Source of the DNA: Candidatus Poribacteria bacterium
GTDB taxonomy: Bacteria; Poribacteria; WGA-4E; WGA-3G
Direction: 5' to 3'
Assembly: GCA_965205015.1 (NCBI GenBank)
Contig: OZ242029.1
Location: forward strand, 1,824,001-1,888,000
Length of the DNA: 64,000 bases
In this document: one piece after another, positions 19,363 to 29,011 of the stretch
How the letters are laid out: the number at the start of each line of letters is the position of its first letter
Position numbering within the stretch: position 1 is the first letter of the stretch
Translations under genes and position numbers: made by a program
The notes under the pieces: model-generated
Told to the model about the DNA's origin: nothing
Database searches by the model: none
The model's input: the letters and a program-made list of their open reading frames with translations, nothing else

Positions 19363-20196
19363 TTATCCGTAAGCCATTTCTGGGTGTTTCCCGAGAACCC
19401 GCAACAGACGTTCATCTGCCCCTTCCAGGACATAATCGGGCATACGGTAATTCAGGTAGGGCCAGAACCGCTGGGCAACGAAGCGTTGTCCATAGACTTG
19501 GTGGAATAGATATCGGGTCCGATCCGTCTGGTTTGGTGCCCCTCGGTGCCACGTCTGTCCATTGAGTAGGTAGAGGTCGCCTGCTTTCATGAGGAGCGAA
19601 ACGGGTGTTTTGCCATCAAAGGTTGGGTGTTCTGGATCATCGGGTTGCCGGCCAGAGTAATGGCTACCCGGGACGAATTGGGAGGGACCGTATTTGACAT
19701 CATCTTGGTCGGTCAGCGCGATTTGCACGGACATACGAAGCACGGGCATCCGTAATCTCGGATCGTGCCGTTCCATCTCCGGCGTAATCGGAAATTCCAC
19801 ACCATCGTCGATATGGAACCGGTTGATCCCTAAATCTGTTCGGTTGAGGATACACCCTTGAGCGATACAGTGGCAGTGCTCCCCTAATACACTTTCAGCG
19901 ATGCTGATGATCGGCTCCCGCACCAACAGATCCCGGAACATGAGGTCGCACTCAAAGAGGCGATGCACCACGATGGGGTCTTTACCATCTTGTCGAGAAC
20001 CTTTGACATTCCGCTTATGCATGAAGTAAGGTTCGGCAAAGATTTCGTCAACGCGCGCAACAATCCGTTCACACGCTTCGCGTGAAAGCACGTTTCGGAT
20101 AATCGTTACACCGTTTTGATAAAAATCCTCCAAGATAGTGTTCAAAGTCTCTGGGGATAAAGGTTCAGCCGGGAGTGTTTGTTCTTTGATTTCCAT
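19363..20196 (-). CDS. Phytanoyl-CoA dioxygenase (PhyH) family protein
   Basis: HxD (FHIDD); VPGSH; WHRGAPN. Start ATG 20196. Confidence 0.88.
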   Translation of the reverse strand: MEIKEQTLPAEPLSPETLNTILEDFYQNGVTIIRNVLSREACERIVARVDEIFAEPYFMHKRNVKGSRQDGKDPIVVHRLFECDLMFRDLLVREPIISIAESVLGEHCHCIAQGCILNRTDLGINRFHIDDGVEFPITPEMERHDPRLRMPVLRMSVQIALTDQDDVKYGPSQFVPGSHYSGRQPDDPEHPTFDGKTPVSLLMKAGDLYLLNGQTWHRGAPNQTDRTRYLFHQVYGQRFVAQRFWPYLNYRMPDYVLEGADERLLRVLGKHPEMAYG

Positions 20197-20242
20197 GGTT
20201 CTGAATCCTAATGTGTAGATTGGGATGGATGGTGTCGGCGTC

Positions 20243-21508
20243 CTATTGATATTCCTTGACAACCAACGGAAGTTTCTCGCGCGCCTTACCTAACTCAGCA
20301 CTAACACCGTTTGGGTTCAACACCGTGAGCGTTCCTGTAATGTCATGAAGTGGGAAACTGCTCTCCGGTTGGGTAAATTCGATGACGGGACGGTCGCGAT
20401 TGTCCTCAACAAAGCAGTTGATGAAATCAATACCGCCCATCGTCTGGACCAACTCCGGTTTTGGCAGAGACAACGAAATCGGCGACCACTCACCCCCGAA
20501 CTGACGATCGGAGGCAGCGTGGATGACCTTACAATCGGTGAACTTCACCCGCGCCCCCTTTAAGGACTTTTCCTGAACCTTAATGCCGTAACCGACGGTG
20601 TTCTCAACTGTGCAGTTATCAAATTCAATGCTGCCATCGGGACCGTTGTCTCCGATTTTTGACACGCGGATACCCGTTCCGTGTTTACTGCTGATGTAGC
20701 AGTTCTCGAAGCGCAGCGTCACATCATCAGATTCGCCGCTGGTGTGTGCCAAGAATACCTCAATGCCGTCACCGACGTTATCAATGAACTGGCATCCGGA
20801 GAAGACCGTATTTTTTATTCGCTGCTCGCTTTTGTCCGGTTCAATATCCACCCCGGATGCTGGGGGCGTTCCCCAGGTGTTTGAAAACGTACAGTTCTCG
20901 ACTTTAAGGTTTTCAGCACTAATAACGCTGATGCCCTGTCGATAATGGTTGTCGCAGGCAATGTCACGTAAGACCACATTTTCAGAGGCACGTCGTTCTG
21001 TGCCGCCATCAATATAGATACCATCTCCACCGCTATCTTTGAGCGTCAAGCCGGACACATTTACGTTTTGACACCCTCGAATTGCCAACGTCATGCGCCA
21101 CTCCGCCTTTGGATATTGTCCATACCAACGATGCCAGCCAAACTGTTCAAGCACAAGCCCATTGATATAATCCTGTTTCCACATGCGAAAGGTCGCACCG
21201 TAGCCACGGATGGTAAGATTCTCAACATCTTGTGCGGTGAACATCGAATCGCCTCTACCGCGGTATTCACCCCGTTTTGCTGTGATGACTGTCCCGCGTT
21301 CAAAAATCAACGCTTGGTTTCCCGCAAGTTTAATCGGCTGGATTATCCAATCAGCGTTCATATTCGGAACAACCACCCGTTTTGCGCCAGAATCGATAGC
21401 CGCTTGTAGTGCTTCTGTCGCGTCTTCCGGGTCAAATCCCCACCACGCCGCGTTGGCAACTGGATTTTTTCCGGCACGAACATCCGCAATCGCTTCAAGA
21501 TTTTTCAT
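20243..21508 (-). CDS. Right-handed parallel beta-helix protein (pectate lyase-like)
   Basis: DATEALQAAID; GDGIYI; NHYRQGISV; GVDIEP repeats. Start ATG 21508. Confidence 0.82.
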   Translation of the reverse strand: MKNLEAIADVRAGKNPVANAAWWGFDPEDATEALQAAIDSGAKRVVVPNMNADWIIQPIKLAGNQALIFERGTVITAKRGEYRGRGDSMFTAQDVENLTIRGYGATFRMWKQDYINGLVLEQFGWHRWYGQYPKAEWRMTLAIRGCQNVNVSGLTLKDSGGDGIYIDGGTERRASENVVLRDIACDNHYRQGISVISAENLKVENCTFSNTWGTPPASGVDIEPDKSEQRIKNTVFSGCQFIDNVGDGIEVFLAHTSGESDDVTLRFENCYISSKHGTGIRVSKIGDNGPDGSIEFDNCTVENTVGYGIKVQEKSLKGARVKFTDCKVIHAASDRQFGGEWSPISLSLPKPELVQTMGGIDFINCFVEDNRDRPVIEFTQPESSFPLHDITGTLTVLNPNGVSAELGKAREKLPLVVKEYQ

Positions 21509-21606
21509 GCTTTCTGCTCCATAGGGGCTACACCAAAACAAAGGAAGCTGCCTGCCTGTCACAAACTGGACGTGCTGGCAGCTCTGTCAATTTCTTAAGG
21601 TCGTGT

Positions 21607-22890
21607 TTACAACGCAAAGGTCTTCTCATCATCAAGTGCCATCAGTGCGAACCATGTATTGATGTCCGTACGCTCTGGAGCAATTCGGCTGATCATTTTC
21701 GCCATGAGTGCCGTGTAGCGTTCATCCGTGGGACCCATCTGGATCATCCGTTCGTTATAGGCTTCAATATCTGCTTCGCTTTTCGGATGATTCGCCTGCA
21801 GCCACGCCTCAACCTCTGCATCGGTTGCCGACGTTTTCAATGCTTCAGCAAATTCTGCTGCGGATATACCCAAGAAATCGAGCGTTGCCCGATCGATCCC
21901 CGAATCTTCACCGTAAAAATAGGCACCCAACGTATCGCTGTTAGATGCTCGACCTTTGTCAATCAACCGTGCGAGTTGAACCATTCCGCAGACTTCGGTG
22001 TTATAGGGACTTCGTGGCGCGCGGCGGTTGAGGTCGACAATACCAAAACTCAACTGATCGTCCACGTCCTGGAGCATAACCCATGTGGTAATGTCTGTGC
22101 GGGTCGGATCTACTTCTTGACAACGCGCTTCAAACCGTTCCCGGGTCGTTTCAGTGGGTCCATAGTTTACCAACGTCTGATTGAATTCATCAATCTCATC
22201 CTGTGATTTACCGCAGTTTTCCAGTACCCAGGCACCGAGTTCGAGATTATTCGGGTTGTTGACGGCTGCTTCCTGAAAATCTGCCGCTGAAATGCCGAGG
22301 AAAGTTAGAATCCGTACATCCTGCCCGGAATTGTCGCCGTATAGGTACTCACCGATTTTGTCTGCGCGTTCCGCTCGTGCTTTGTCTGTCATGCGTGCGA
22401 CACCACAGATGCCACCGACATCTTTGGCGCGGGCACTCCGAGGTGGACCAGCAGTCAAGTCAACCTGCCAGAAACTTCCCCAATCGTCGAGTTCCATCGA
22501 CTGTAATACCGTTGTGATATCGGTTCTGCCTGGCGCAAAGCGAGCGAGTCGCTCCTTCAACCGTTGTTTATGTCCCTCTGTGTCGGGCAGTTGGCTGAGG
22601 GCGTCGTCGTTAAACGCCGCTATCTCTGCTGCTGTCTTTCCACTTGTTTCAAGCACCCAGTGTCCCAGAGCGTCGTCGTCGTGTTCGTCAACGGCTTCGG
22701 CGTAAGCATCGGCGGAAATCCCTAAAAACGTTAAAACGCGCTGATCCAAGCCGGAACTCTCACCGTAGATGTAATCACCGAGCGTTTCCGCGTTATGTGC
22801 GCGTGCCTTGTCTGTCATGCGTGCCACACCTACAATCCCAGCGATGCCGAGATTTGAAGGGCGACGTGGCGGTTGGCGTGTCAAATCCAT
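21607..22890 (-). CDS. DUF5069-domain protein with three tandem domains
   Basis: Three copies of DLTxxPPRS...ARMTDKARA...GxYxYGxxSGxD...FLGISA. Start ATG 22890. Confidence 0.82.
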   Translation of the reverse strand: MDLTRQPPRRPSNLGIAGIVGVARMTDKARAHNAETLGDYIYGESSGLDQRVLTFLGISADAYAEAVDEHDDDALGHWVLETSGKTAAEIAAFNDDALSQLPDTEGHKQRLKERLARFAPGRTDITTVLQSMELDDWGSFWQVDLTAGPPRSARAKDVGGICGVARMTDKARAERADKIGEYLYGDNSGQDVRILTFLGISAADFQEAAVNNPNNLELGAWVLENCGKSQDEIDEFNQTLVNYGPTETTRERFEARCQEVDPTRTDITTWVMLQDVDDQLSFGIVDLNRRAPRSPYNTEVCGMVQLARLIDKGRASNSDTLGAYFYGEDSGIDRATLDFLGISAAEFAEALKTSATDAEVEAWLQANHPKSEADIEAYNERMIQMGPTDERYTALMAKMISRIAPERTDINTWFALMALDDEKTFAL

Positions 22891-23074
22891 AATTTCTATG
22901 TCCTTCCAATTCGAGAGATGAGATGTTATGTCTTTTGCCAATATTTTATCATGCCAAATATTTTATCATAGTGCCAAAGCGTGTCAAGAGAAAAAGTACA
23001 CCGATCCCCTAATTTGCCTTGCCAATTTTCACAGAAAATGGTATTTTTATCGCAAAAGTCCATGGAGGTATACA

Positions 23075-23707
23075 ATGGGATTCCCTGTTTACGATTATCG
23101 CACGGATATACGGAATGTGTTGGTAACACCGCAAATTCGCTCTCGATTTTTAAGGATGGAGCCTGGGCAAAGTGCCCAACTTCATAGTCATGACTTGGGA
23201 CATGAAATTTTCCTAATTCTGGAAGGACGCGTCGAATTTGAGATTGATGGCGAAACTGAAGAGGTGGGACCGGGACAGATGTGTGTCGCTTTGGCAGACC
23301 AGCCGCACGTAGTGCGAGTTCTCGGTGATGAACCGATGACAATGTATCTGTCTGTTACACCGCATATCCACCCGACGCATACGCCACGTACGGAAGAAGG
23401 CGAACGGCTCCCGCACAATTTCGTCTCACCGCGTGCTTACGATGTTGAGCCGGATATGCAGGTGTCAGTCGCGGAACTCGTCGCGCGCCAGATACATGCC
23501 GCACAATTGTTGGAAGAACTTACCCGCACCTGCGCAGCTGTTCAGCAGGAGATGGGGACGCAACTTAAGACTGCACTCGCTGAGGAGGATGCCGACACTG
23601 CCACCGCAGCGCGTAAAGCCATGTGGGAAGCCATCTATCCCGTCTACAAGGCTGTCGCTGAATTGGGTGATGTTTGGAACGCGCTTGCGCCCCGCGTGAG
23701 CCAATAG
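23075..23707 (+). CDS. Cupin-domain protein
   Basis: HSHDLGHEIFLILEG...PH cupin motif; RBS GGAGG before ATG 23075. Confidence 0.85.
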   Translation: MGFPVYDYRTDIRNVLVTPQIRSRFLRMEPGQSAQLHSHDLGHEIFLILEGRVEFEIDGETEEVGPGQMCVALADQPHVVRVLGDEPMTMYLSVTPHIHPTHTPRTEEGERLPHNFVSPRAYDVEPDMQVSVAELVARQIHAAQLLEELTRTCAAVQQEMGTQLKTALAEEDADTATAARKAMWEAIYPVYKAVAELGDVWNALAPRVSQ

Positions 23708-23812
23708 ACTATTTTTAATTTGTTTTATTTTTCTGTTTATGCTATACTTAAAACAACAAAGAGTGTGTTCGCCTAATTTACGGAAATTATTTAAATTTGA
23801 ACCGAATTTAAT

Positions 23813-23841
23813 TTGACAACGTTTTAAAATTAGGATAAACT
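23813..23841 (+). promoter_or_regulatory. sigma70 promoter of the cohesin/spondin gene
   Basis: TTGACA (23813)-N17-TAAACT (23836). Confidence 0.6.
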
Positions 23842-24021
23842 TATCTTTTAACCTTTAAAGTCCCGTTTGAGAGACTCGTCTTGTGCTCTGATTCCAATGC
23901 GCTGATGCGGAAGAATCTCCCATATCTATTACGGTTGAAATCTTTTGTCAAACGAGAGGCTACAATCTTTACCGAAAGGTAAGGGACATCAGAATATAAA
24001 TGAATTATGAAGGAGTGTCTT

Positions 24022-26574
24022 ATGAAAGACCAGCTTTTTAGTAGGAAAGTCCTCTTTTCCTTATTAGCTGTTGTATTGTGTTTAGGATTTACAGCCATGA
24101 GTTATGGCCAAGCTGTCATTTCTGTGGACCCAGCTGAAGTAGAATCCCCAGCAGCTGGGGAAGAACTCATGGTGAGTATTAATATAACGGGTGGCGCGGG
24201 AGTCGTGGGCTACCAAGCAACCGTAAACTTCGATGCGACTGCGCTCGAATATGTTTCTGCCGCGAATGCCGACTACCTGCCCGCAGGCGCGTTCCCGATT
24301 GTAACACCAGGTGATGGCAATGTCTTAGTCGGAGCTGGTGGAGCAAATCCGGCAGCAGAAGCCGATGGCACACTCGCTACGGTAACATTTAAGGTCATTG
24401 AAGCGAAAGCCTCCACTATCAGTTTAACAGATGTTCTGCTCTCTGATGCCGCTGCTGCTGCATTAGAATTCACGACTATGGACGGTATGGTTACTGTTGA
24501 TGGTGCTGGTCCAGCAGCCGAAGAACCCGCTGCTGATGACGCAGCCGCCGATGATGCCGAAGCAGATGATGATGCCGAAGCGGACGAGGCCGCTGCCGAT
24601 GATACAGCCGCCGATGATGCGGAAACGGACGATGCCGCTGACGATGCGGAAACTGAGGAAACCGAAGCCGAAATGCCCACCAGTCAGATGTTCGAGATTA
24701 CCCTCACGAACCTGACGGAGGGTGTACACGGTGAGAGCGGACAAACGCTATCTCCCGCCATTTTCGCAGCACACCCCGCCGGCGTTAAACTTGCCGAAGT
24801 CGGTCAGCCCGCAAATGAGGCGATTGTCGCGCTTGCTGAAGGTGGCGATACGTCAGGGCTTGAAGCACTCGCAACTGCTGCTGGCGCGAACGTCATGATC
24901 GCTATGAATGCGGATATGACGCGTCGGTATACGATGCCAGGTCAATCTACGACGGTCACGATAACGGCTGATATGACGAATTCTTCGCTCTCTGTCGGCT
25001 CAATGTTGGTCTCAACGAACGATGCGTTCATCGCGGTTATTGACGAACCCCTCTTTGATGAAGACGGTATGCCTGTCTCGACAACCATTGACTTGATGGC
25101 GTATGATGCTGGGAGTGAAGATAACACAGAGATGGCTTCCGATATTCCGGGACCCCTCGGTTTAGATGAAGCAACGGATCCCCCAGGGAGCAATGAGCGT
25201 GTTCCGACGGAAGGTGGGGTCATAGCAGCGCATGAAGGTATCCAAGGTGTTGGTGATGTCACTGAAGCGTTTGCGTGGGAAGAGCCGACAGCAATGTTGA
25301 CGATCATGCCAGTTGAAGCGCCTGCGGAACCGATGCCAGAAGAACCGATGCCGGAACCCGTCGTGGAAGGTCCTGGTTTTGATGTGATGTTGGAATCGGG
25401 CTTGAACATGATTTCGATTCCGCTGATGCCAGCGGAACCTTACACAGCGAAATCACTCGCAGAAATGCTCGGTGCCACGGTTGTGATCCAACTCGATGCT
25501 GCGACGCAGAATTTCGTGGGCTACACAGTAGCCGATGAAGGTGATGGTTTTGGTATTGACGGGGGTAGAGGTTATATTGTGAATACCCCTGCGGGGGGTA
25601 TGGTGAAGTTCACGGGTGATGCGTGGGATAACCAGCCTGAACAGCCTGAAGAACCTGAAGTTGAAGCCGATGCTGAAGTTGAAGTCGATGCTGAAACCGA
25701 TGATGCCGAAGCGGATGACGCAGCCGCCGATGATGCCGAAGCGGATGATGCCGAAGCGGACGATGCTGATGCCGAAGCCGATGCCGAAGCCGATGCTGGT
25801 GAAGGTGATACTGAAGCCGATGCTGGTGGAGATGACGCCGCTGCTGACGCTGGTGGAGATGCTGATGCCGAAGCCGATGCTGGTGAAGGTGATGCTGCTG
25901 GTGAAGATGATGCCGCAGATGCTGGTGGAGACGCCGCACCCGCTGCACCCACACGCGCAACCTATAAAAGCGCATGGGCGTTCATCGTGACCAGTGACAT
26001 CCAAGGCATGGAAACTGGCACAGCATATACCCTCGTCGCAGAGAACCTCCGCACCGGCACGATTGCCACGGAGAACATCACAAGCACAGCAAAACGTTCC
26101 TCTGCTGTCTGGGCAGACCTGAACCGTAAGAGCGTCGTTGAAGCGGGTGATAAACTCAAAGTCGCACTTTACGACGACAACAACAGAATCGTCTCGGGTC
26201 CGTTCCAACGCACGGTGACGACCGGGGACATTCGCAACGCGTTCCTGAGTCTGCAACTGAGGGTCGGAGATGTGCAGCCGCAAGATACGTTACTGGCGCA
26301 GAACTTCCCGAATCCGTTCAATCCAGAGACATGGATTCCGTATCAGTTGAGCAAAGCGACAGAAGTGAAGATCGCTATCTATGATGTATCGGGTCGCTTG
26401 GTTCGTTCGTTGGATTTGGGTTGGCAGCCGACAGGTTCGTATATGACGCCGTCGAGTGCTGCGTATTGGGATGGTAGGAATGCCGTCGGTGAGCGTGTCG
26501 CGAGTGGTATCTACTTCTATACGCTCCAGACGTCAGATTTCGCTGCGACCCGACGGATGGTTATCCTTAAGTAG
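24022..26574 (+). CDS. Secreted protein: cohesin, acidic linker, Spondin_N, acidic linker, C-terminal FlgD-Ig/T9SS-like sorting domain
   Basis: Signal peptide; cohesin (GYQATVNFDATALEYV...GTLATVTFKV); Spondin_N (FEITLTNLT, LAEGGD, MLVSTNDAF, YDAGSE); NFPNPFNPETWIPY...WDGRN...SGIYFY...RRMVILK. RBS GAAGGAG. Confidence 0.85.
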   Translation: MKDQLFSRKVLFSLLAVVLCLGFTAMSYGQAVISVDPAEVESPAAGEELMVSINITGGAGVVGYQATVNFDATALEYVSAANADYLPAGAFPIVTPGDGNVLVGAGGANPAAEADGTLATVTFKVIEAKASTISLTDVLLSDAAAAALEFTTMDGMVTVDGAGPAAEEPAADDAAADDAEADDDAEADEAAADDTAADDAETDDAADDAETEETEAEMPTSQMFEITLTNLTEGVHGESGQTLSPAIFAAHPAGVKLAEVGQPANEAIVALAEGGDTSGLEALATAAGANVMIAMNADMTRRYTMPGQSTTVTITADMTNSSLSVGSMLVSTNDAFIAVIDEPLFDEDGMPVSTTIDLMAYDAGSEDNTEMASDIPGPLGLDEATDPPGSNERVPTEGGVIAAHEGIQGVGDVTEAFAWEEPTAMLTIMPVEAPAEPMPEEPMPEPVVEGPGFDVMLESGLNMISIPLMPAEPYTAKSLAEMLGATVVIQLDAATQNFVGYTVADEGDGFGIDGGRGYIVNTPAGGMVKFTGDAWDNQPEQPEEPEVEADAEVEVDAETDDAEADDAAADDAEADDAEADDADAEADAEADAGEGDTEADAGGDDAAADAGGDADAEADAGEGDAAGEDDAADAGGDAAPAAPTRATYKSAWAFIVTSDIQGMETGTAYTLVAENLRTGTIATENITSTAKRSSAVWADLNRKSVVEAGDKLKVALYDDNNRIVSGPFQRTVTTGDIRNAFLSLQLRVGDVQPQDTLLAQNFPNPFNPETWIPYQLSKATEVKIAIYDVSGRLVRSLDLGWQPTGSYMTPSSAAYWDGRNAVGERVASGIYFYTLQTSDFAATRRMVILK
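24520..24675 (+). repeat. Low-complexity Asp/Ala/Glu coding repeat (GATGATGCCGAAGC units)
   Basis: Encodes ADDAAADDAEADDDAEA... Confidence 0.8.
25636..25945 (+). repeat. Second Asp/Ala/Glu/Gly low-complexity coding repeat
   Basis: GATGCCGAAGC / GATGCTGGTG units encoding DDAEADDAAADDAEA...DAG. Confidence 0.8.
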
Positions 26575-26583
26575 GTATAGCAG

Positions 26584-26618
26584 CAATTTTTTAACAATGA
26601 CACATCGTTAAAAAATTG
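26584..26618 (+). terminator. AT-rich hairpin after the cohesin/spondin gene
   Basis: CAATTTTTTAACAATG-aca-CATCGTTAAAAAATTG inverted repeat. Confidence 0.45.
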
Positions 26619-26713
26619 AAAAATAAAACGCCCCCTCGTGTGCTATTCGGAAGTGCCGGTTGCGCTAACCGCGAATCAGCGCTGATTAGCAGTCGGCGTC
26701 GGGGCGTTTTTTA

Positions 26714-27862
26714 ATGTGTACACAAAGGAGAAATTTTTTGATTTATCCAAGAAATAGCTTACCTATTTGGGGAGTGCTTGTGATACTTTTCGTTGCAAGC
26801 ACCGGCAGTGCCTTCGCATTTTCTTTCGGACCCCCGGAAGAAAAAACAGGAGCCTTTAAGGAAGGCACATGTGCAGATTGCCATGTCGGCAATGAACTTA
26901 ACGCTCCAGATGGTTCACTGATGCTGACAATCCCTGAAACCTACGAGCCAAATCAGGTTTATGAAATTGTCGTCAGTCTTGCACGGGATGGGCAAAGCCG
27001 TTGGGGGTTTGAAATGACCGCGTTAGATGATGATGGCGCACGCGCTGGCTCCTTTGAAGCCTCAGATGCAGCAAATACACAGTTAAAGGACGCGAACAGT
27101 AAGCAGTATATTATGCACACTGCTGCAGGAAGTGCCCAAGGAACAAATGATGAGAATCAATGGACCCTTAAATGGACCGCTCCTGACGCTGACATAGGAC
27201 CTATTACCTTCTACGCCGCTGGAAACGCCGCCAATGCCGATTTTGGAATCACGGGTGATTATATCTACACAACAAAAGCAGAATCGACACCTCCAATTCC
27301 CACAGTTGCCGGTGTGTCCTTGGAAATCGTCGGAGACACAGCACTCTCTACAATGGATGCCGTTGAAGGTGTAGACTATACCCTCAAAGTCACGAATACC
27401 GGGAATATGATGGACACGATAACGCTTGAAGCCGCAGCAGAAGCTGGCATTGAAGGCAATATCGTTGCAGCACTCAGTAACGAATCAGTTGAACTTGAAG
27501 CCGGTGCATCGACAGAAGTAACGTTGAAGGTTTCAGGAGATGCCTTAGCACCCGGCGATTATGCCATCAGCGTGACGGCAACTTCTCAGACAGATGATAC
27601 GATGACTGCTGAAGTCACAACAACAACAACCATAGAAATGCCACCACCGCCGGCCCCTGAAGCGCCGCCGCCACCGCCGACACCTTGGGATGTCAATGCA
27701 GACGGAAATGTGAATATTCAGGACATCGTCTTAGTCGCCGGTGAATTCGGTCAGTCTGGAGAGGATCTGAAAGGGGATGTAAACGGTGATGGAACAGTGA
27801 ATGTCCTTGATTTAGTCCTTGTATCTTCGCATTTCGGTGAAGCTACGAATGCTGATCAGTAA
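26714..27862 (+). CDS. Secreted Reeler-like (choice-of-anchor V) protein with CxxCH, Ig-like domain, Pro linker and C-terminal dockerin
   Basis: TGAFKEGTCADCH; RWGFEMTA; WTLKWTAP...ITFYAAGNAAN...GDYIY; duplicated dockerin Ca-loops DVNADGNVNIQDIVLV and DVNGDGTVNVLDLVLV. Start uncertain. Confidence 0.82.
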   Translation: MCTQRRNFLIYPRNSLPIWGVLVILFVASTGSAFAFSFGPPEEKTGAFKEGTCADCHVGNELNAPDGSLMLTIPETYEPNQVYEIVVSLARDGQSRWGFEMTALDDDGARAGSFEASDAANTQLKDANSKQYIMHTAAGSAQGTNDENQWTLKWTAPDADIGPITFYAAGNAANADFGITGDYIYTTKAESTPPIPTVAGVSLEIVGDTALSTMDAVEGVDYTLKVTNTGNMMDTITLEAAAEAGIEGNIVAALSNESVELEAGASTEVTLKVSGDALAPGDYAISVTATSQTDDTMTAEVTTTTTIEMPPPPAPEAPPPPPTPWDVNADGNVNIQDIVLVAGEFGQSGEDLKGDVNGDGTVNVLDLVLVSSHFGEATNADQ

Positions 27863-27914
27863 AACGGACATTAAATTACAAAATTCGTTACGCAACCGCA
27901 AGGAAAATTAAAAA

Positions 27915-28985
27915 ATGGCATCTAAATATCGCGTTGGAATTATCGGATGTGGTGGTATTGCCAATGCTCATGCACGTGGCTATCAGGGCGTTGCGCAAAC
28001 AGAAATTGTCGCACTTGCCGATCCGGTTCAAGTCGCTCTTGACAAGTTCGCAGACACCTACGGCGTATCCCCTGAAAACTGTTATTTGGATGCGCGCGAG
28101 ATGTTGGATAACGAAAATCTTGATATTGTCAGTGTCGCGACGTGGCATAAACTCCATGCACCCATGACAATCGCAGCGTGCGCGCGAAGTCCAAAAGCAG
28201 TGCTCTGTGAAAAACCGATGGGGGTAAGTCTCGGCGAATGCGATGAAATGTTAATCGCCGCCAACCGAAGCAGTGTCAAGGTTGTCATTGGACATCAACG
28301 CCGATTCAATTCCGCATGGACGGATGCCCGAAACCTCATCGCTGACGGGGCAATCGGTGAACCTCAACAGATTGTTTGTCAAGGCGGCCAAGGGCTACTG
28401 AATGACTGCTCACACCTCTTTGATATGATGCGCTATGTCATCGGTGACCCCGATCCACAATGGGTTATCGGTAACGTTGAACGGAAAACGGAACGTTACG
28501 AACGCGATATTCAAATTGAAGACCGGAGTGCGGGTATTATCGGATTTTCAAACGGTTGTATCGGTACGCTCTTGCAGGAGATCGGTAGACCGAACTATCA
28601 AGGAGGTATCGTCTACGGGACAGATGGTATCGCAGATGTGACGGAGGGGCGCGTCCGTCTTCTCAACAATAAGGCTACAGACTGGGAAGAACGTCCCTCT
28701 GATGGAAAGGACCAGCACGTCGCGCAAGCAACTGAGCTGGTTGAATGGATCGAAGGCGGTCCTGAACACCGCGGTGAGGCAAAACATGGGCGTGCTGCCG
28801 TTGAAATTATCATGGCGATCTATGAATCCGCACGAATGCACGAAGTCGTCCAATTACCGCTGCAGACGCATGCCAATCCGTTGGATTTGATGATCGAAAG
28901 CGGAGAGTTGCCTATTGAACGCCCAGGGCGTTACGATATCCGTGCGTTTTTGTTGCACGGCGAATCCATGAAACCTGAAGGATAA
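27915..28985 (+). CDS. Gfo/Idh/MocA oxidoreductase
   Basis: GIIGCGGIA; LCEKPM; GHQRRF. Confidence 0.9.
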   Translation: MASKYRVGIIGCGGIANAHARGYQGVAQTEIVALADPVQVALDKFADTYGVSPENCYLDAREMLDNENLDIVSVATWHKLHAPMTIAACARSPKAVLCEKPMGVSLGECDEMLIAANRSSVKVVIGHQRRFNSAWTDARNLIADGAIGEPQQIVCQGGQGLLNDCSHLFDMMRYVIGDPDPQWVIGNVERKTERYERDIQIEDRSAGIIGFSNGCIGTLLQEIGRPNYQGGIVYGTDGIADVTEGRVRLLNNKATDWEERPSDGKDQHVAQATELVEWIEGGPEHRGEAKHGRAAVEIIMAIYESARMHEVVQLPLQTHANPLDLMIESGELPIERPGRYDIRAFLLHGESMKPEG

Positions 28986-29011
28986 AAATCACCTACGAGA
29001 ATTAGCGAATT

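Noticed and set aside
21409-22206. 265-aa plus-strand ORF
   Set aside because: Antisense to the DUF5069 gene, with no recognisable motifs.
23955-23995. Canonical c-di-GMP-I riboswitch
   Set aside because: Only the GAAA-capped stem and GGGAC match; the GCAAA motifs and P3 are not evident. Kept only as an unassigned structured leader.
25453-26283. His/Arg-rich and Ala/Ser-rich antisense ORFs (25610-25975, 25572-25952, 25453-26283; also 24273-24680)
   Set aside because: Shadows of the Asp/Ala/Glu repeat codons of the plus-strand spondin gene; no RBS or independent signal.
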